Assembly (NCBI RefSeq): GCF_006345805.1
Contig: NC_043002.1
Coordinates: forward strand, 13,826,001 to 13,890,000
Origin: Octopus sinensis
Lineage: Eukaryota
Reading direction: 5' to 3'
DNA length: 64,000 bases
Both the position numbers and the translations under genes were made by a program. Below the pieces are notes generated by a model. That model was not told where the DNA came from. It was given only the letters and a program-made list of their open reading frames with translations, and searched no databases. Shown in pieces: positions 12,349 through 25,345 of this stretch; the stretch's first letter is position 1, and each line of letters begins with the position of its first letter.

Positions 12349-13914
12349 GAAGTAGGTGTGTGAAACGTATGGAAAGAATAGAAGATCAGATCGTATACTG
12401 TACAGGTTAGGGTGTGGGCACATGATTTTAACGTACCATAGAGTTTGACACATACTATATCTGTGGAATATTCACCCACTTCTAATACAATTGAGTGAGT
12501 AGGTTGGATCAAAGACCTGACGTCTACAGCAACAGTGACACATCTATTATTCATTTTCCATCCTACACATCTTATAGCATAGTGCTTAAACTAAATACAG
12601 CCAAATAAGCTGGCGTTTGTATGCGTACACACACACACCCTCACACACCCACACACACAGAGACACACACACTCACTCACACACGCACACATATATATAT
12701 ATCTGTGTGTTTATGTATTCATACATATGTATAGTGACATCTGTCTCTATATCTATAAATGCGTACATATAAATATATATATATATACTTATACACTAAC
12801 ACATACTACATAAATATACTCACATATAAATTTAGACATGGAAGAATCCCTATTTTACTACATCTGTTCACAGTTATTTGTTCTAGAAGGAGAGGAGAGA
12901 AAAGGACAGATAAAAGTAGCTTGATGAACTGAAGAGTGACTGCCACCTACATGAGCTGCACTTTGTTTATACACCCTGAAAAATAATGAAGATGTACGAT
13001 TTGAACTCAGAACATAGAGAGCCAGAAATGGAATGATTATTAAAAAGAAATCCACCCGACAGTCTAATGACTTTATCAGTTGCCCACTACAGAATGCATC
13101 ACCAAGCTGTCAGACAAAAATATTTTGTGGGTTTTTCTGGCTTTACGTTCTGATTTCAAGTTCCACCTTTCATCGTTTGGGGCTTGATAGAATAACTGTC
13201 AGTTGACACTGGGAACAATGTAATTGATTATAACAACCCTCACCCGTAATTGGAGAACTTGTAACTTTAGGGGAAAGAATTACACGAAGTCATGCTTGTT
13301 AAGATTAAATAAACTACTTCTCCTGTAGACTGTACTGTTATATGAACAATTTATTTCTTAGTATGTCACAGACATACTGTACTGCGCACGAAAATTATAT
13401 TGTAAAAGAAATAAAATATAAAATAACATTGGAAAGCATTCGCTCATTGTAAACGGCTTGTCGCATTTTGTATCAAATCAAAATTTGCCAAGAAAGAAAA
13501 AAATAATACATAAAAAAGGTTTGATAACGATCAAGACGCCAATACTTGACTGGTAATTAGCAAATAATCTCCACCTGCATCTATAACGTGGCACTCTCTA
13601 TTGTGATATAAATTTTTTTTCTTGGTTACGCACAAAAGAAATTAGGGAAATAAAACCAAATCTAGGATGATTGACGAGAGTATTAGCGGTGTTAGTGAAG
13701 TGAATTTAAACTGCCGCTAATTCTTATTTGTGATCTAGCCAACCCATGATCAAAGGTTTCGCAGCCATCAACATTCGTTCAGATATCAAATATAATACAT
13801 TTCAGACAACATCAATCAATCAAAGATGGTAAAATGGAATTTTACATTTATTTACCGACAGTTCAACTAATCATGGAGAGTCTCCGTATTTGGCCCCTAG
13901 ATTTCATAAATATT

Positions 13915-14565
13915 GACTTGAAATTTTAGCACAAGGCCAGCAATTTTGGGGTAAGGGCTGAGTCGATTACATCTTCTTCAGTGCTTAACTGGTACTTTAC
14001 TTTATCGACTGTAAAAACGGTAAAACCATACAGTAAAATTTGAATTCCGAATGTAAAAGGGCGGACCAAAAGCCGCTAAGTATTTCGCCTGGCTTGCTAA
14101 CGATTCTGCCAGATGACCGCCTTAAATGAATATTGATTTCAAATTTTGGCACAAGGCCAGCAATGTAAGGTGAGCGGGCAAGTTGAATTTATGGGCCCCG
14201 AAGCTGATCTGGTAGTTATTTTAACGATCCGGAAAATGGCAAAGATGACCTCGGCGGAATTTGAAATCAGAACATAAAGACTGCTAAGTTTTTGGCTGAG
14301 ATTTCTGTCAGTTCGCGCGTTCTTCAGACATAATATTATGTCTATTTTTGGTACATATCAGCAGTTTGGAAGAGAGGGAGCAATCGAATGCAACAACCCC
14401 TGTACTTGACTGGTACTTATTTTATCAATCTCCCAATCCAAAGGGGATGTAAGGTAAAGTTGACCTCGATGATGTGTGAACTTAATAGAAAAAACAAAGA
14501 GCAGGAGGAAATGTCAATAAGCATTTTGACCGATACGGTAACGATTCTGCTAGTTCACCGGTATA
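13915..14565 (-). mobile_element. Cluster of three decayed family-B-related SINEs
   Basis: Repeated TTG..(A/G)AATTTT.GCACAAGGCCAGCAAT tails and TGGTACTTA..TTATC / GACCTCG motifs. Confidence 0.65.
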
Positions 14566-14913
14566 ATTTCTTTGTTTCATTTTTGTCATTAGGAACAAAA
14601 TCGTATATAATTCGGAAAAATACAAGCAAAAGATGATGATATACAGACTGTTTTTTTTTCCTTTGAAAAACAAATATATAAAAGAAATGAAATTGCTTCA
14701 TAGGAAAGCCGAAATCTCATCGTAAATTTCTTCCATACAAAAATATGAGATATAGTAATAAGATGGAATATTCTTTAATGTATCAACTAGGATGAAATGA
14801 TTTATTGTGCATAGTGTTTTATTTATTCCTTAATTGTATACCTTTAGTCAGGTGAGATCAAACACACCTGGGAACCTATATTAGCAGATGAAATGACAAG
14901 GTACAATAATCTG

Positions 14914-15791
14914 CCGGGTGTTCGGGATAAATTTCAATATTGTTTCTGTCACTTTTTTTTTCAGGAACAGCTCGGCGTCGTGGTGAACAGACAACAGTGT
15001 TGGTGAGCATAAAGATTAAAGACGTACTTGAAAAAATGTTAGCTGACACGGAAGACTGGAAGCCATTTGAATATTGGAAAAGAATTGCCTGTTTGATGAT
15101 GATTCGTACCGAGGGTCAAAATGCGGATTTCGTAAATACTGTTGAATGCTCTGGGAACAGTGTAAGAAGAGTAAAATGTGACACGGACAGTTGCAACGGA
15201 GACTATGAAGTCCTGATCAGCAAGAAGCAATACATCAGGCGTTCAGACATCGTCCAAACGTCGGTTATCATCGCATGTCTCAAAAGAGTCTTAGATACAA
15301 TTCAGAAAGTTATGTGAAGCTGCTGGAGTCAATTATTAATCTACTGGCTGGAGATGATTGCTGCTTGACGGCCACATGTGTCGTAGCAGCATTCTGTTCT
15401 TTGTCATCCTCCAGAAAGATTCGGAGAATTTCTACAACTCCATCAACCCCTACGTTTGGCCTCCTAATTCTCGTGATTGTAATGCCATAGATTACTATAT
15501 GTCTGGTGCAGTTGAGAAGGGCACCAACCGATCGGCCTATAGCACCAAAAAACCGAGCTGGTGTCCATTAACAAGAAACTTTTCGAAGAACTTCTCAGGG
15601 ACACAGTGAGTAACGCATGTGCCAGGTTGGGGTGCAGCCATGAAACCGTGGTGGAAACTGAGGACGGCTGCTTTGCCTAACCTCTAATTGCCAGACAAAA
15701 CCTGATCTTCTGAAATCCTTTTATTTTTGGATAGTATGTTGCGTTTTCATTTCCTTTTACGCAAACTCACAAATTTAGTCCGTACACCCTG
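14914..15791 (+). mobile_element. Internally deleted, decayed maT/DD37D-type Tc1/mariner transposon
   Basis: Imperfect TIRs CCGGGTGTTCGGGATAAATTT (14914) and rc CAGGGTGTACGGACTAAATTT (ends 15791, then TA); ORF 15358-15609 has VWPPNSRDCNAIDYY (cf WPPNSPDLNPLDY). Confidence 0.8.
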
Positions 15792-15991
15792 TATATACTC
15801 CCGATATGCCTTACTTCTGGCTAATCAAGGATCATATTGCATATTGTAAGATAATGTAGCGTATATGTGAAGAATATTCATTTGATAAAAGCTAAGATAG
15901 AGACCTCGGTTTCCTCTTATCCAGTCTGCATATAGCTATATGTCTCTCTTTCTTTCTCTCCGTCTCTCTCTCTCTCTCTTATACTATCTCT

Positions 15992-16060
<69 letters not shown>

Positions 16061-16150
16061 GTATATATATATATAATATATATATATATATTATATATAT
16101 ATATATATGTATGTATATATATCTATGTCTATATATATATATGTATGTAT

Positions 16151-16231
<81 letters not shown>

Positions 16232-16261
16232 AGATATATTATATATGTATGTATGTATATT

Positions 16262-16725
16262 ATATATATGAAAAAACAAGTCAAAAATAGAAAATGCTAA
16301 AATATTTTATAGTGAACATTTCAGTACCGGTTTCGGTCATTTTGAGACCTATTCAACTGTAACGATTAAATAATTCAATTTAGAAAAATTAGAAGAAAAG
16401 TTTTTTGAAAGGAATATTTCTATAGTAGTGTTCAGATATAGTAGCATTCTGCCTTTCTCTGACTCCCTTGTTTGCACTTGTGTGTTGAAATCGTTGACCT
16501 CCAACACACAAGTGCAAACAAGGGAGTCAGAGAAAGGCAAAATGCTACTTATATCTGAACACTACTATAGAAATATTCCTTTAAAAAAACTTTTCTTCTA
16601 ATTTGTCTAAATTGAATTATTAATCGTTACAGTTGAAAAGTCTCAAATGACCGAAACCGGTACTGAAATGTTCACTATAAAATTATTTTAGCATTTTCTA
16701 TTTGTGACTGTTTTTTCATATATAT
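16262..16725. mobile_element. Fold-back element (arms ~225 bp) with degenerate hammerhead motifs, Penelope-like
   Basis: Arms 16262-16487 and 16502-16725; CAG-TTGAA(T/A)A-(G)GTC..GACC-GAAA-CCGG-TA-CTG at 16322-16359 (-) and 16630-16665 (+); flanked by (TA)n. Confidence 0.75.
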
Positions 16726-16756
16726 CAACTCGTGTGTTCCTTTTCACCCTTATATT

Positions 16757-16793
<37 letters not shown>

Positions 16794-16802
16794 AGTATCT
16801 AT

Positions 16803-16833
<31 letters not shown>

Positions 16834-16840
<7 letters not shown>

Positions 16841-17473
16841 GTTAAAGAGGACGACAAACGTTAACGCAAGGCAAACATCTCAAGCCATATACATTATTAT
16901 TATTGGAAAAAATTCAAAGTTCTACAACTGTTTCTGGATATCCCAGACTATGGTATATACCGTCATCAGAGAGTAAATGAGAAGAATATAGATTAATGAA
17001 ATTACGACATAGCGAACAGGAGTAAATGAATGAGGAGAAGAAGAGAGAGAAGACAAAAGAAGCATAAAAGTTCACAGTCCAACTTTCCGATGTTTTAGAA
17101 ATAATTTCATAAGCCTTTAGATACAATCTTGCGTAGATCCATGTTGGGTAAAGTCCTTATATTGTAAACGTCCAGAAAAAAGACGCAATCATATGAAGGT
17201 TCAATAACAGAATTGCACCTGTGAACTTTTATATCACTTTTTTCTTCTCTCTCTTCATCTTATTCCTTTCCTCCTATCCTCCATGTCATCATTTCATTAA
17301 TCTATACTCATCTAATTTTCCCTAGTTGTCTCTAATGAAGGAATGTCTGATACTCTGAGATATCCCAGAAACGGCTGTAGAACTTCGAAGTTTTCCAATA
17401 ATAATAATAATGTATCTGACTTGAGATGTTTGCCTTACCTCAACGTTTTTTTGTCCTCTTTAACAATTATATA
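16834..17473. mobile_element. Older, diverged fold-back element with hammerhead motifs
   Basis: Arms ~16834-17076 and 17217-17473; CTGATGA...CCAGAAACAGTTGTA on - (16969-16923); CTAATGA...CCAGAAACGGCTGTA on + (17332-17379). Confidence 0.7.
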
Positions 17474-17772
17474 TCCGCTATATCGGAAATCTGCAATGGC
17501 TCCATAACCTTGGAACCCTAGTAATCAATTACAGCTCTTACCAAGCGTACCTAATCGTTTGGATCACCTGTGAAACTAAACCCCCATACTTTGTATATAT
17601 ATATATATATATACCAATGTTTTTATTGCACATATATAATTATTCTTTATATGTTATTGTTAAAGTCATTCACCTGTGGCCATACTAGAATATTGCCTTG
17701 AAGAAGAATTTAGTCGAACAAATCCACCGCAATGTTTATTTTCTAAGTGCGGTATATATATAGATATGTAAT

Positions 17773-17837
<65 letters not shown>

Positions 17838-18456
17838 TCATATATATGTACGTGAACATGGCTTAGTGTTTAGTGTGTTGCACTCACGATCTGGCCCTCG
17901 AGATTTCAAATCCTAGAGTGGGTGGTGCGTACTGTCTTTGAGCGAAGCACTTTATTCCACATTGATATGCGATCACTTCGACACCTGACGAGTGGTGAAC
18001 CATGCACCTGTTCAGAAAACGTAGATTTGACGGAGCGAGGGAGCTAATGTGTGGCACAAACATTTGATTACTATAAATTATATATATATATAATTAGGAT
18101 AAAGCCATTATTTAATGATTTATCAGTGGCCAGCATACTAAATTACCCTAATGGTTAATTTATATTAAAATTACAATAATGGGTATTGAATAATTACAAC
18201 GCCAGTCTGCTAGAAGCAGACCCGAAATGGTATAGGAACTATTAAGATTATTACTCCATTGCCACAAGACTGTAAGCGAGAAAAATAGACAGCAAGAATT
18301 TATAAAATAATTTAGATAATACCATAATACTAAAGTTCATGGTTTGACTTATTAAACTTATTTCCGCTCATCAGTGTAATTATTCAATGCTCGTATTAGA
18401 ATATGTATATACATATTATAATATATATATATATTATATATATATATATATATATA

Positions 18457-18552
18457 CAACTTATAGTAAGGGCTAAAGAAAATTATTTCAATGCCAATAT
18501 GATCAGCATATTGGCATTGAAATAATTTTCTTTAGCCCTTACTTATAAGTTG
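18457..18552. repeat. Near-perfect hairpin, ~45-bp arms
   Basis: GTAAGGGCTAAAGAAAATTATTTCAATGCCAATATG / CATATTGGCATTGAAATAATTTTCTTTAGCCCTTAC, loop ATCAG. Confidence 0.95.
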
Positions 18553-18638
18553 TTTATAATTTTAACTGTACAGGTATGTTGCCACTTTTTTTAATGGAAT
18601 TTTTTTTGTGTAGAGAAAAAACTTCATCCTATATTAGC

Positions 18639-18713
<75 letters not shown>

Positions 18714-20085
18714 TATATATATGTAATTAAGTTTCTAATTTAGATAATGGAGTTTTTTTCTATACGAAAAATTATTATTTTATTTATTTCTTAAATATTT
18801 GCTTATTTATTTAACTATTATCATTAACCTGAAGATTGACTATAATTTTAGTTCGAATTTATTTCAATTGAATTTAAACTTAATTGTAATTCGAATATAA
18901 TTATAGCCATGAAACGTACGTAGTGTTATTCCTTATTATATTATATTTATTATTCATTTTATACATTTAAATAAAAAATTAATATAAAAAACATATATAT
19001 ATATATAATATTATATTAATTATATATTATTTGTTATTTATGTATTGGTTTATGCCTATCACTGTTTGAGTTGCATAATAGTGGTCTTATCTCTAATTCA
19101 TATTTTGTATACATACATATATACATGATGGGCTTCTTTTAGTTTCCATCTACCAAATCCACACAGAAGGCACTGAAACCGTAACCATGTGATTGTTAAG
19201 CAGGCTACTTACCACACAGCCACTCCTGCACCTATATATATATATACATACACATACATACACGTACATATCTGTGTGTACAGAGGCACGCGTGTGTGAA
19301 TGATTTACTTTCTTGTTCGAAACAAGGAATGAATCACAACGTTATGTCGTACAGGGTTATAGAATCAGGTTGGGTTACCGCCTGAAGAGAGATAGAGAGA
19401 TAGATAGATAGAGAGCGGTGGAATGGTAGAGAGAGAGGCGATGAGAGAGAGAAAGGAAGAACACGTGAACGATGAATGTTTTAGCCTTACAATCAGTTGT
19501 TAGGAAAATGGAAAAATTATCTGTAATCTGTAATTGAAACCGGGTCATAGAATGGGTCGAGGTTTGCTATCAGGCCTATTGTGTTTGAACCAAGTATTAT
19601 AACAGTAACGTTAGCTATTCTCTTTCCTCTTCAATATTTTTCCTTCTCTTTTCTTTTCGTTTCATTCTTAAACCTACTTGATTTAAACTTGTTTAACAAC
19701 ATTTTCTTTGTGAGAAATCGATTTTCTCAGTTGAAGTTGCTACTTGATCTTTTGCTCCGCCAAATTATTGACAAAGTTCTGTTTATCTTGTGAATTCTTC
19801 TTTTAAAGTTGTATTTTATCACATTTAAAAGAAGTAGCAGCAGTAGTGATAGTAGCAGTAACAGTAATGATTGTAGCAGAAAAAGAAGAATAAGAAATAT
19901 AAGAAAAAGAAAAAAAAACCCAACAGCAATAAGAAGAATAAGAGCAACACAATTTAACCAAAAAATCTAAACAATTTGCTCGCTTTTGACACTATTCCGC
20001 TATCTGATGGAGTCGAGTATTAAGAGATGTCGACACATCACTGTAGAAGTATTTAAACAAATAACTTGTTATGGTTGTTTAACAG

Positions 20086-20183
20086 GTCGTAGATAAACGT
20101 TTAAGAAGCACTTGTGTCAACCTACTGTTTTCTCGTCCTCAAATACAAAAGTCAATAATGAACAGGTTTAATGCCAACATCAG
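20086..20183 (+). CDS. Candidate internal exon, product unrecognised
   Basis: TTGTTTAACAG| ... CAG|GTGAGT; only one open frame: VVDKRLRSTCVNLLFSRPQIQKSIMNRFNANI. Confidence 0.3.
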
Positions 20184-20570
20184 GTGAGTAAATACAGTGG
20201 ACAGCCATTTTGTTTTTTATGAATTCCATCTGTCATATCTAACATTAGCGACATGACAATTATTCATATTTCATTTTCCTTAATATTTTAAGAGATTGGA
20301 AAAGATTATATTCAAGAGTATTACATAATTAAATGCTTATGCGTGCATGTGAGTGTGTGTATGTGTGTGAGTGTGTGTGTGCGTGTGTGAGTGTGTGTGT
20401 GTGTGTGTGTGTGAGTGTGTGTGTGTGCGTGCGATCATATATATTTATTCAGAGTGTTAAAGATACCGAGTGGAGGTACGATAGACATATACATATATAA
20501 ATATGTATATGTTTATATAGGTATATACATACATACATACATAAATACACAGACGGACAGACAGACACAC

Positions 20571-20627
<57 letters not shown>

Positions 20628-21483
20628 CATATATGTACATCCATATATGTACAGATATAGATATACATATGCATGTATATATGGATGCATATGCATACAC
20701 ACACACACAAACACAGACACACATTCACAGACATACAACACACTCATGCATGCATACTTACATATATAAACGTATACACGCACACGCATGCATACATATA
20801 TACATAATTATATAAATGTGTAAGACAGGTGTATATAAAAGTGTGTGTATATGTGAGTGTATGTACAAAGAACAAAGGAGAAGGTGACAGTGAAGGAGAA
20901 ATAATAGTATTGTATATTTTTGCCTCGTATATATATGTAAATGTATATGCGTATATATGCGTATATATGTGTATATATGTGTATATATCAGTATGTACAT
21001 CTATATGCATGTACGTAACAATTGAAATTCATGGCGTTTGTCTGTTATCTCTTCGTTTCGAGTAGTAGTCGACGTTTTATAAATTATTTGAATTCTATTT
21101 GCATAATTAGTAAAATTTCAAATCATTTGATTGATAATATACTTTAACGTCTGCGGTAAAACATTTCGGTTGAAAATTCAGAGGTTAATATGATTTTTGC
21201 GTCTTTTTATAAAATACTTTGATGGTAGTAAAATGTTTATGGAATGGTAATTGCCTCAGAATTTTCTTAGAATAATTTACAGATGATGTAAAATATTGGT
21301 ATATTAAATATATTTACATAATATTTCTTTGTTAACTAAAACATTTATCTAATGGGGAATTGCACTTAAGATAATATTCGTGCGGTATTAGCTATATTTC
21401 ATGTCTAGCTGTGTGTAAGATAACCATAAGGTAGAATCATTAGCGCGCCGAGAAAAGCGCTTAGCGGTACTTGTAGCTGCTGT

Positions 21484-21983
21484 CTTCTTCTTCTTCTTCT
21501 TCTTCTTCTTCTTCTTCTTCTTCTAATCAGGAATAACGTCATTAGCCACAAAGAATAATCTCTAATTCGAGCCTACTCTAATCTACGAAGAATGCGTCTG
21601 GCAACTTGAAGATCTACCTACCACACGCGATAGACTAGCGGTTGCACGGCCGCGAAAACTACGCTGTTATCCTCATTCCGTGAACGGGTGGAGAGCTTAA
21701 CCATCCTGGGGTATAGAGGAATCGCAATCTAGAGTAGACTCTGAGCATTTACCACACAATAGTGGGTTACACAATGGTTCATCTGCTTTGTGGCAGAAGT
21801 ATAAAGAAAGAGTGACAGAAAGTTGTTGTGAAAGAGTACAGCGGGCTTCAACCCGCCCACACCGGAGCCTCGTGGAGCTTAGGTGTTTTTGCTCAATAAA
21901 CACTTACAATTCCCGGTCTGGGAATCGAAATCGCGCTCTTACGACCGCGAGTCCGCCGCCCTAACCAGTAGTCCATTGCTCCT
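21484..21983 (-). mobile_element. SINE with family-C head/body but different 3' tail ending in (GAA)n
   Basis: Shares TTTATTGAGC.AAAACACCTAAGCTCCACGAGGCTCC..GCTGTACTCTTTCACAACAACTTTCT with family C, then unrelated tail. Confidence 0.75.
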
Positions 21984-23337
21984 GCACTTGTAACTGCTGT
22001 TTACACTTTGAGCTCAAATTGTCTTGGATCGACTTCATTCATCGTTTCAGAGTCGATAAAATAATTACTATTTGAGCACTGGGATCTATGTAATCAACAC
22101 CCCCTCCTTCCTCTAATATACTTGTCCGGGTCACAAAATTTGAAACTAAATGGAGAATTGGCAGAACTTTTAGAGGGGCACGAAAAAGTGTTCAATTCTG
22201 AGTTCAAATTTCACCGGGGTCCACTTTGCCATCTTTCATTTCGAATTCAATAAAATAAAGTACCACATAAGAAATGAGGTAGATAAATTCGACATACCAC
22301 CTAAAGTTGGTGGCTTTGTCCCAAAATTTGAAAGCATTATTAGAGATACATTCATATTTCTACACTCTTTTCTTTTCTCTTCTGTGATGACAAATAAGAA
22401 AGGTCAGTTTATATGATACAAGATAGAGAGAGAGGAGGGAGAGAAGGGAGAGAAGGGAGAGAGAGGGGTGAGAGAGGTGGAGAGAAATGTTTAATTGAGT
22501 AGAAAAAGGTAGTAAATATGATACAAATCCGCTTTTGTAGACACGTTTGTCAGGCCGGTCTTATTATTTACCTCCACATCAGTCCATCTTGAGCAGACAA
22601 ATGATGAAAGTATTTCCAGTCGTGAGTAGCCGTGGTTCTAGGAATGGTGTATCGAGGATCGCTATTGTGTCCGAGCTTTGTCAAAACAGTAGGAATAATT
22701 TGGGGGAGATTTGATGGTTATTCCGAACAAATCAAGCGACCATTTACGTGGTATTCTGAAAAGAGGTAAAGTTGCCTGTTTCACTATTAGTCACAAAAAT
22801 ACAGTCACTTACTCACACATATAAGCTGACTTTAAATCAGAGATTTTAGTTTCTTTTGTACAGTTCTTTATTGATGTGGAAGCGCGGCAGTTGCAACCTG
22901 GGACCAAAAACCCTTCAGGACATATAATCAGGAATTGAATGGAAAGAATATAATGTATTTGCCGATGTATAGTCGATTTGGTTGACCATATAATGACAAA
23001 AGTGTATCAGTGTAAAATATCTTGGGTCATTGCGTTACAGTAAATACATCATCTATAATTTGATCGGCTGAACGAATACAACGTTGGTAAATTGATTATC
23101 ATGCTTTTTACTCACACTGTAAATTCGTTGCTAAACATTATTTATTTTAAACTTTCTTTATATTTGCAGGGTAAATAAGTCGAATTACATTAACAACGAA
23201 AAAGAATTTCAAAGACAAAATTTATTAATATCAAATTTTCTCAATATATACAGCAACAACACTCTGAAGTTACTTTTAAATATAGAATCACAAAATAATG
23301 CTGTAAAATGGTAATGCTATTTTAAATTGGAGTCAGA

Positions 23338-24300
23338 AAAAGTTCTAAAAGAAAAGTTATGAGCATTGGCTCTTAAATAATCCATTATTTCGCGATTTTG
23401 TTATTCATTGGTGATGTGTTGAATTCTCGTAGCTGTATATTTTATATTTGTTTTTTTTTTATGTGGAATATCTGTACTGGCGACATAGAATTCAATTATT
23501 TCGTTTCTTGACTGTTTCTTTTTCAATATTTCTAAAAAAAAAAATGATTATACGATGCTATCTCTCGATCAATTCGCTGTATGATCGATGTCTGTCCTAG
23601 AGGCACCTTCCCAGGCAGATGCAAAATAATTCCAAAGTTCGTATTCAAAGTAAAGATGTCGACGTAGTTGGCGACATTCTGTATTTCCAGTCCACAAGTT
23701 ATATGTATATAATCGGAAACTGGCCATTATTGTCGCATAAATTTCAGAAACAAAGAACGCCATTTTAAAAAGGCACGTGTGCATAGGCTGCAATATGAAC
23801 ATTTCAATGCAAATTCTGTGTGAATTCCATACAGTGGCTGCACACCATTTGTTTGAATGCATTGAAATATGCATTGGGAGAAATAAAAAAAATAATAAAA
23901 ACAGAATCAACAAAATGACCATTTTGAGTTAAATTTGGTAAAGCTACTCTAAATGCATTAATGCCCATTCTTTCAAAATGCGTCTTTATTATGTTAAATG
24001 ATGCGGTTGAATTTAAGGATTACCATTTTCTAAGAAAACCTCGCCATCTCTGTCAGTTTTCTGGCCAATACACCATAGACAAAAGGAAAGATGTTAATAT
24101 TCACAACGTTGTGTAACGTTGAAAGTTGATTGAATAATGTTACAGCTGTCTTGGAAGTCCCATCTGTACAACATTTCTCTTAACAATAGATAGCAACTCG
24201 AATTTTAGCGTTATCGAAAATTGAATAAACCTGCCTTTTCTAGCACTATTGTGGAATAGAAGAATAGGTAAAATACAATGTAATGTTGCATTGTTCTAGA
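23338..24300 (-). pseudogene. Mutator-like (MULE) transposase remnant
   Basis: Minus fragments DGTSKTAVTLFNQLSTLH..IFPFVYGVLARK, THFERMGINAFRVALPNLTQNGHF, LWNYFASAWEG and terminal MDYLRANAHNFSF* match MULE DGTF..., .DFE.A.INAF..VFP, YF..TWIG and DYLR.IAHN motifs. Confidence 0.8.
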
Positions 24301-25064
24301 TTTAGCGGGTCTCGTAAGTGGATTCAGTTTTCTGGATTGGGAGGGATAAGTGCTATCAAAACTGACATTACTTTCCACGAGGTGTGCTTTGGGAAACTGA
24401 CCCGAAACTGCCGGGGTCAATCCAGCGTACAGTTAGCTTCGATAGAATGACTTTTAGCTACAAAATTCATCAGTATTAATCACTGCATGGTTATGTCCTC
24501 TTAATCAATACTAATAGAATTTCTCTCTACCCTGATTCTTGCAGTACAACGCATTTGAATAATATTGATCAAATTTTTCAATAACATGTTCAATATTCTT
24601 TTCTCTGTTAAACACAAACTAATAAATAATTTCACAGATTTTTTCAGTTTTTAATACAGAAGAGCTTTATGATGGCCTTATTTTCATCAACTTAAATACT
24701 AAGGACCAAAATATGTAGATATACATATCTTAATCTCACAGTCTGAGTGATATAAGCAAATATTACAAGCGAAAGCATTGGATTATACAAATTTTGGTAC
24801 AAGACCGGCAATTTTGAGGAGAGTGGTTTGGGGATTATATCAACCCCGGTGCTCAACCGGTACTTTTTTTATCGAAACGATGAAAGGCATTGGAGTTATA
24901 GCCGACATATTGAACGATCTAATGAATGGCGATGCGTCTACAGCCATTCTGGGCATGCCTGCTGTTTCGATGTTTTATTTCTAATGTAACTTGGATCCCA
25001 GTTTTTGTACATTGTCATCGGCAATATTTTAGTTCGTGTTAGATGTGCAGCTTATTTCAGTTCA

Positions 25065-25108
<44 letters not shown>

Positions 25109-25274
25109 GATCTCGCGATTTTAGCGACGAAAATATTTTGACAAATTAAACTTAAATGTTGAAGTGAATCGAACGGCTTTTGTGTGTTTCTTAAATGGCT
25201 TATAAACACCTTCCACGCTGCAATATATGCACGATCTCAGATCAAATTACTTGCTATGCGAGTACCTCTCCGTA

Positions 25275-25345
<71 letters not shown>

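Noticed and set aside
13675-13725. pre-miRNA-like hairpin TTAGCGG/CCGCTAA
   Set aside because: Stem short and bulged; no supporting evidence.
24211-24420. Secreted peptide with signal sequence MQHYIVFYLFFYSTIVLEKAG
   Set aside because: Lies within and colinear with the MULE transposase remnant.
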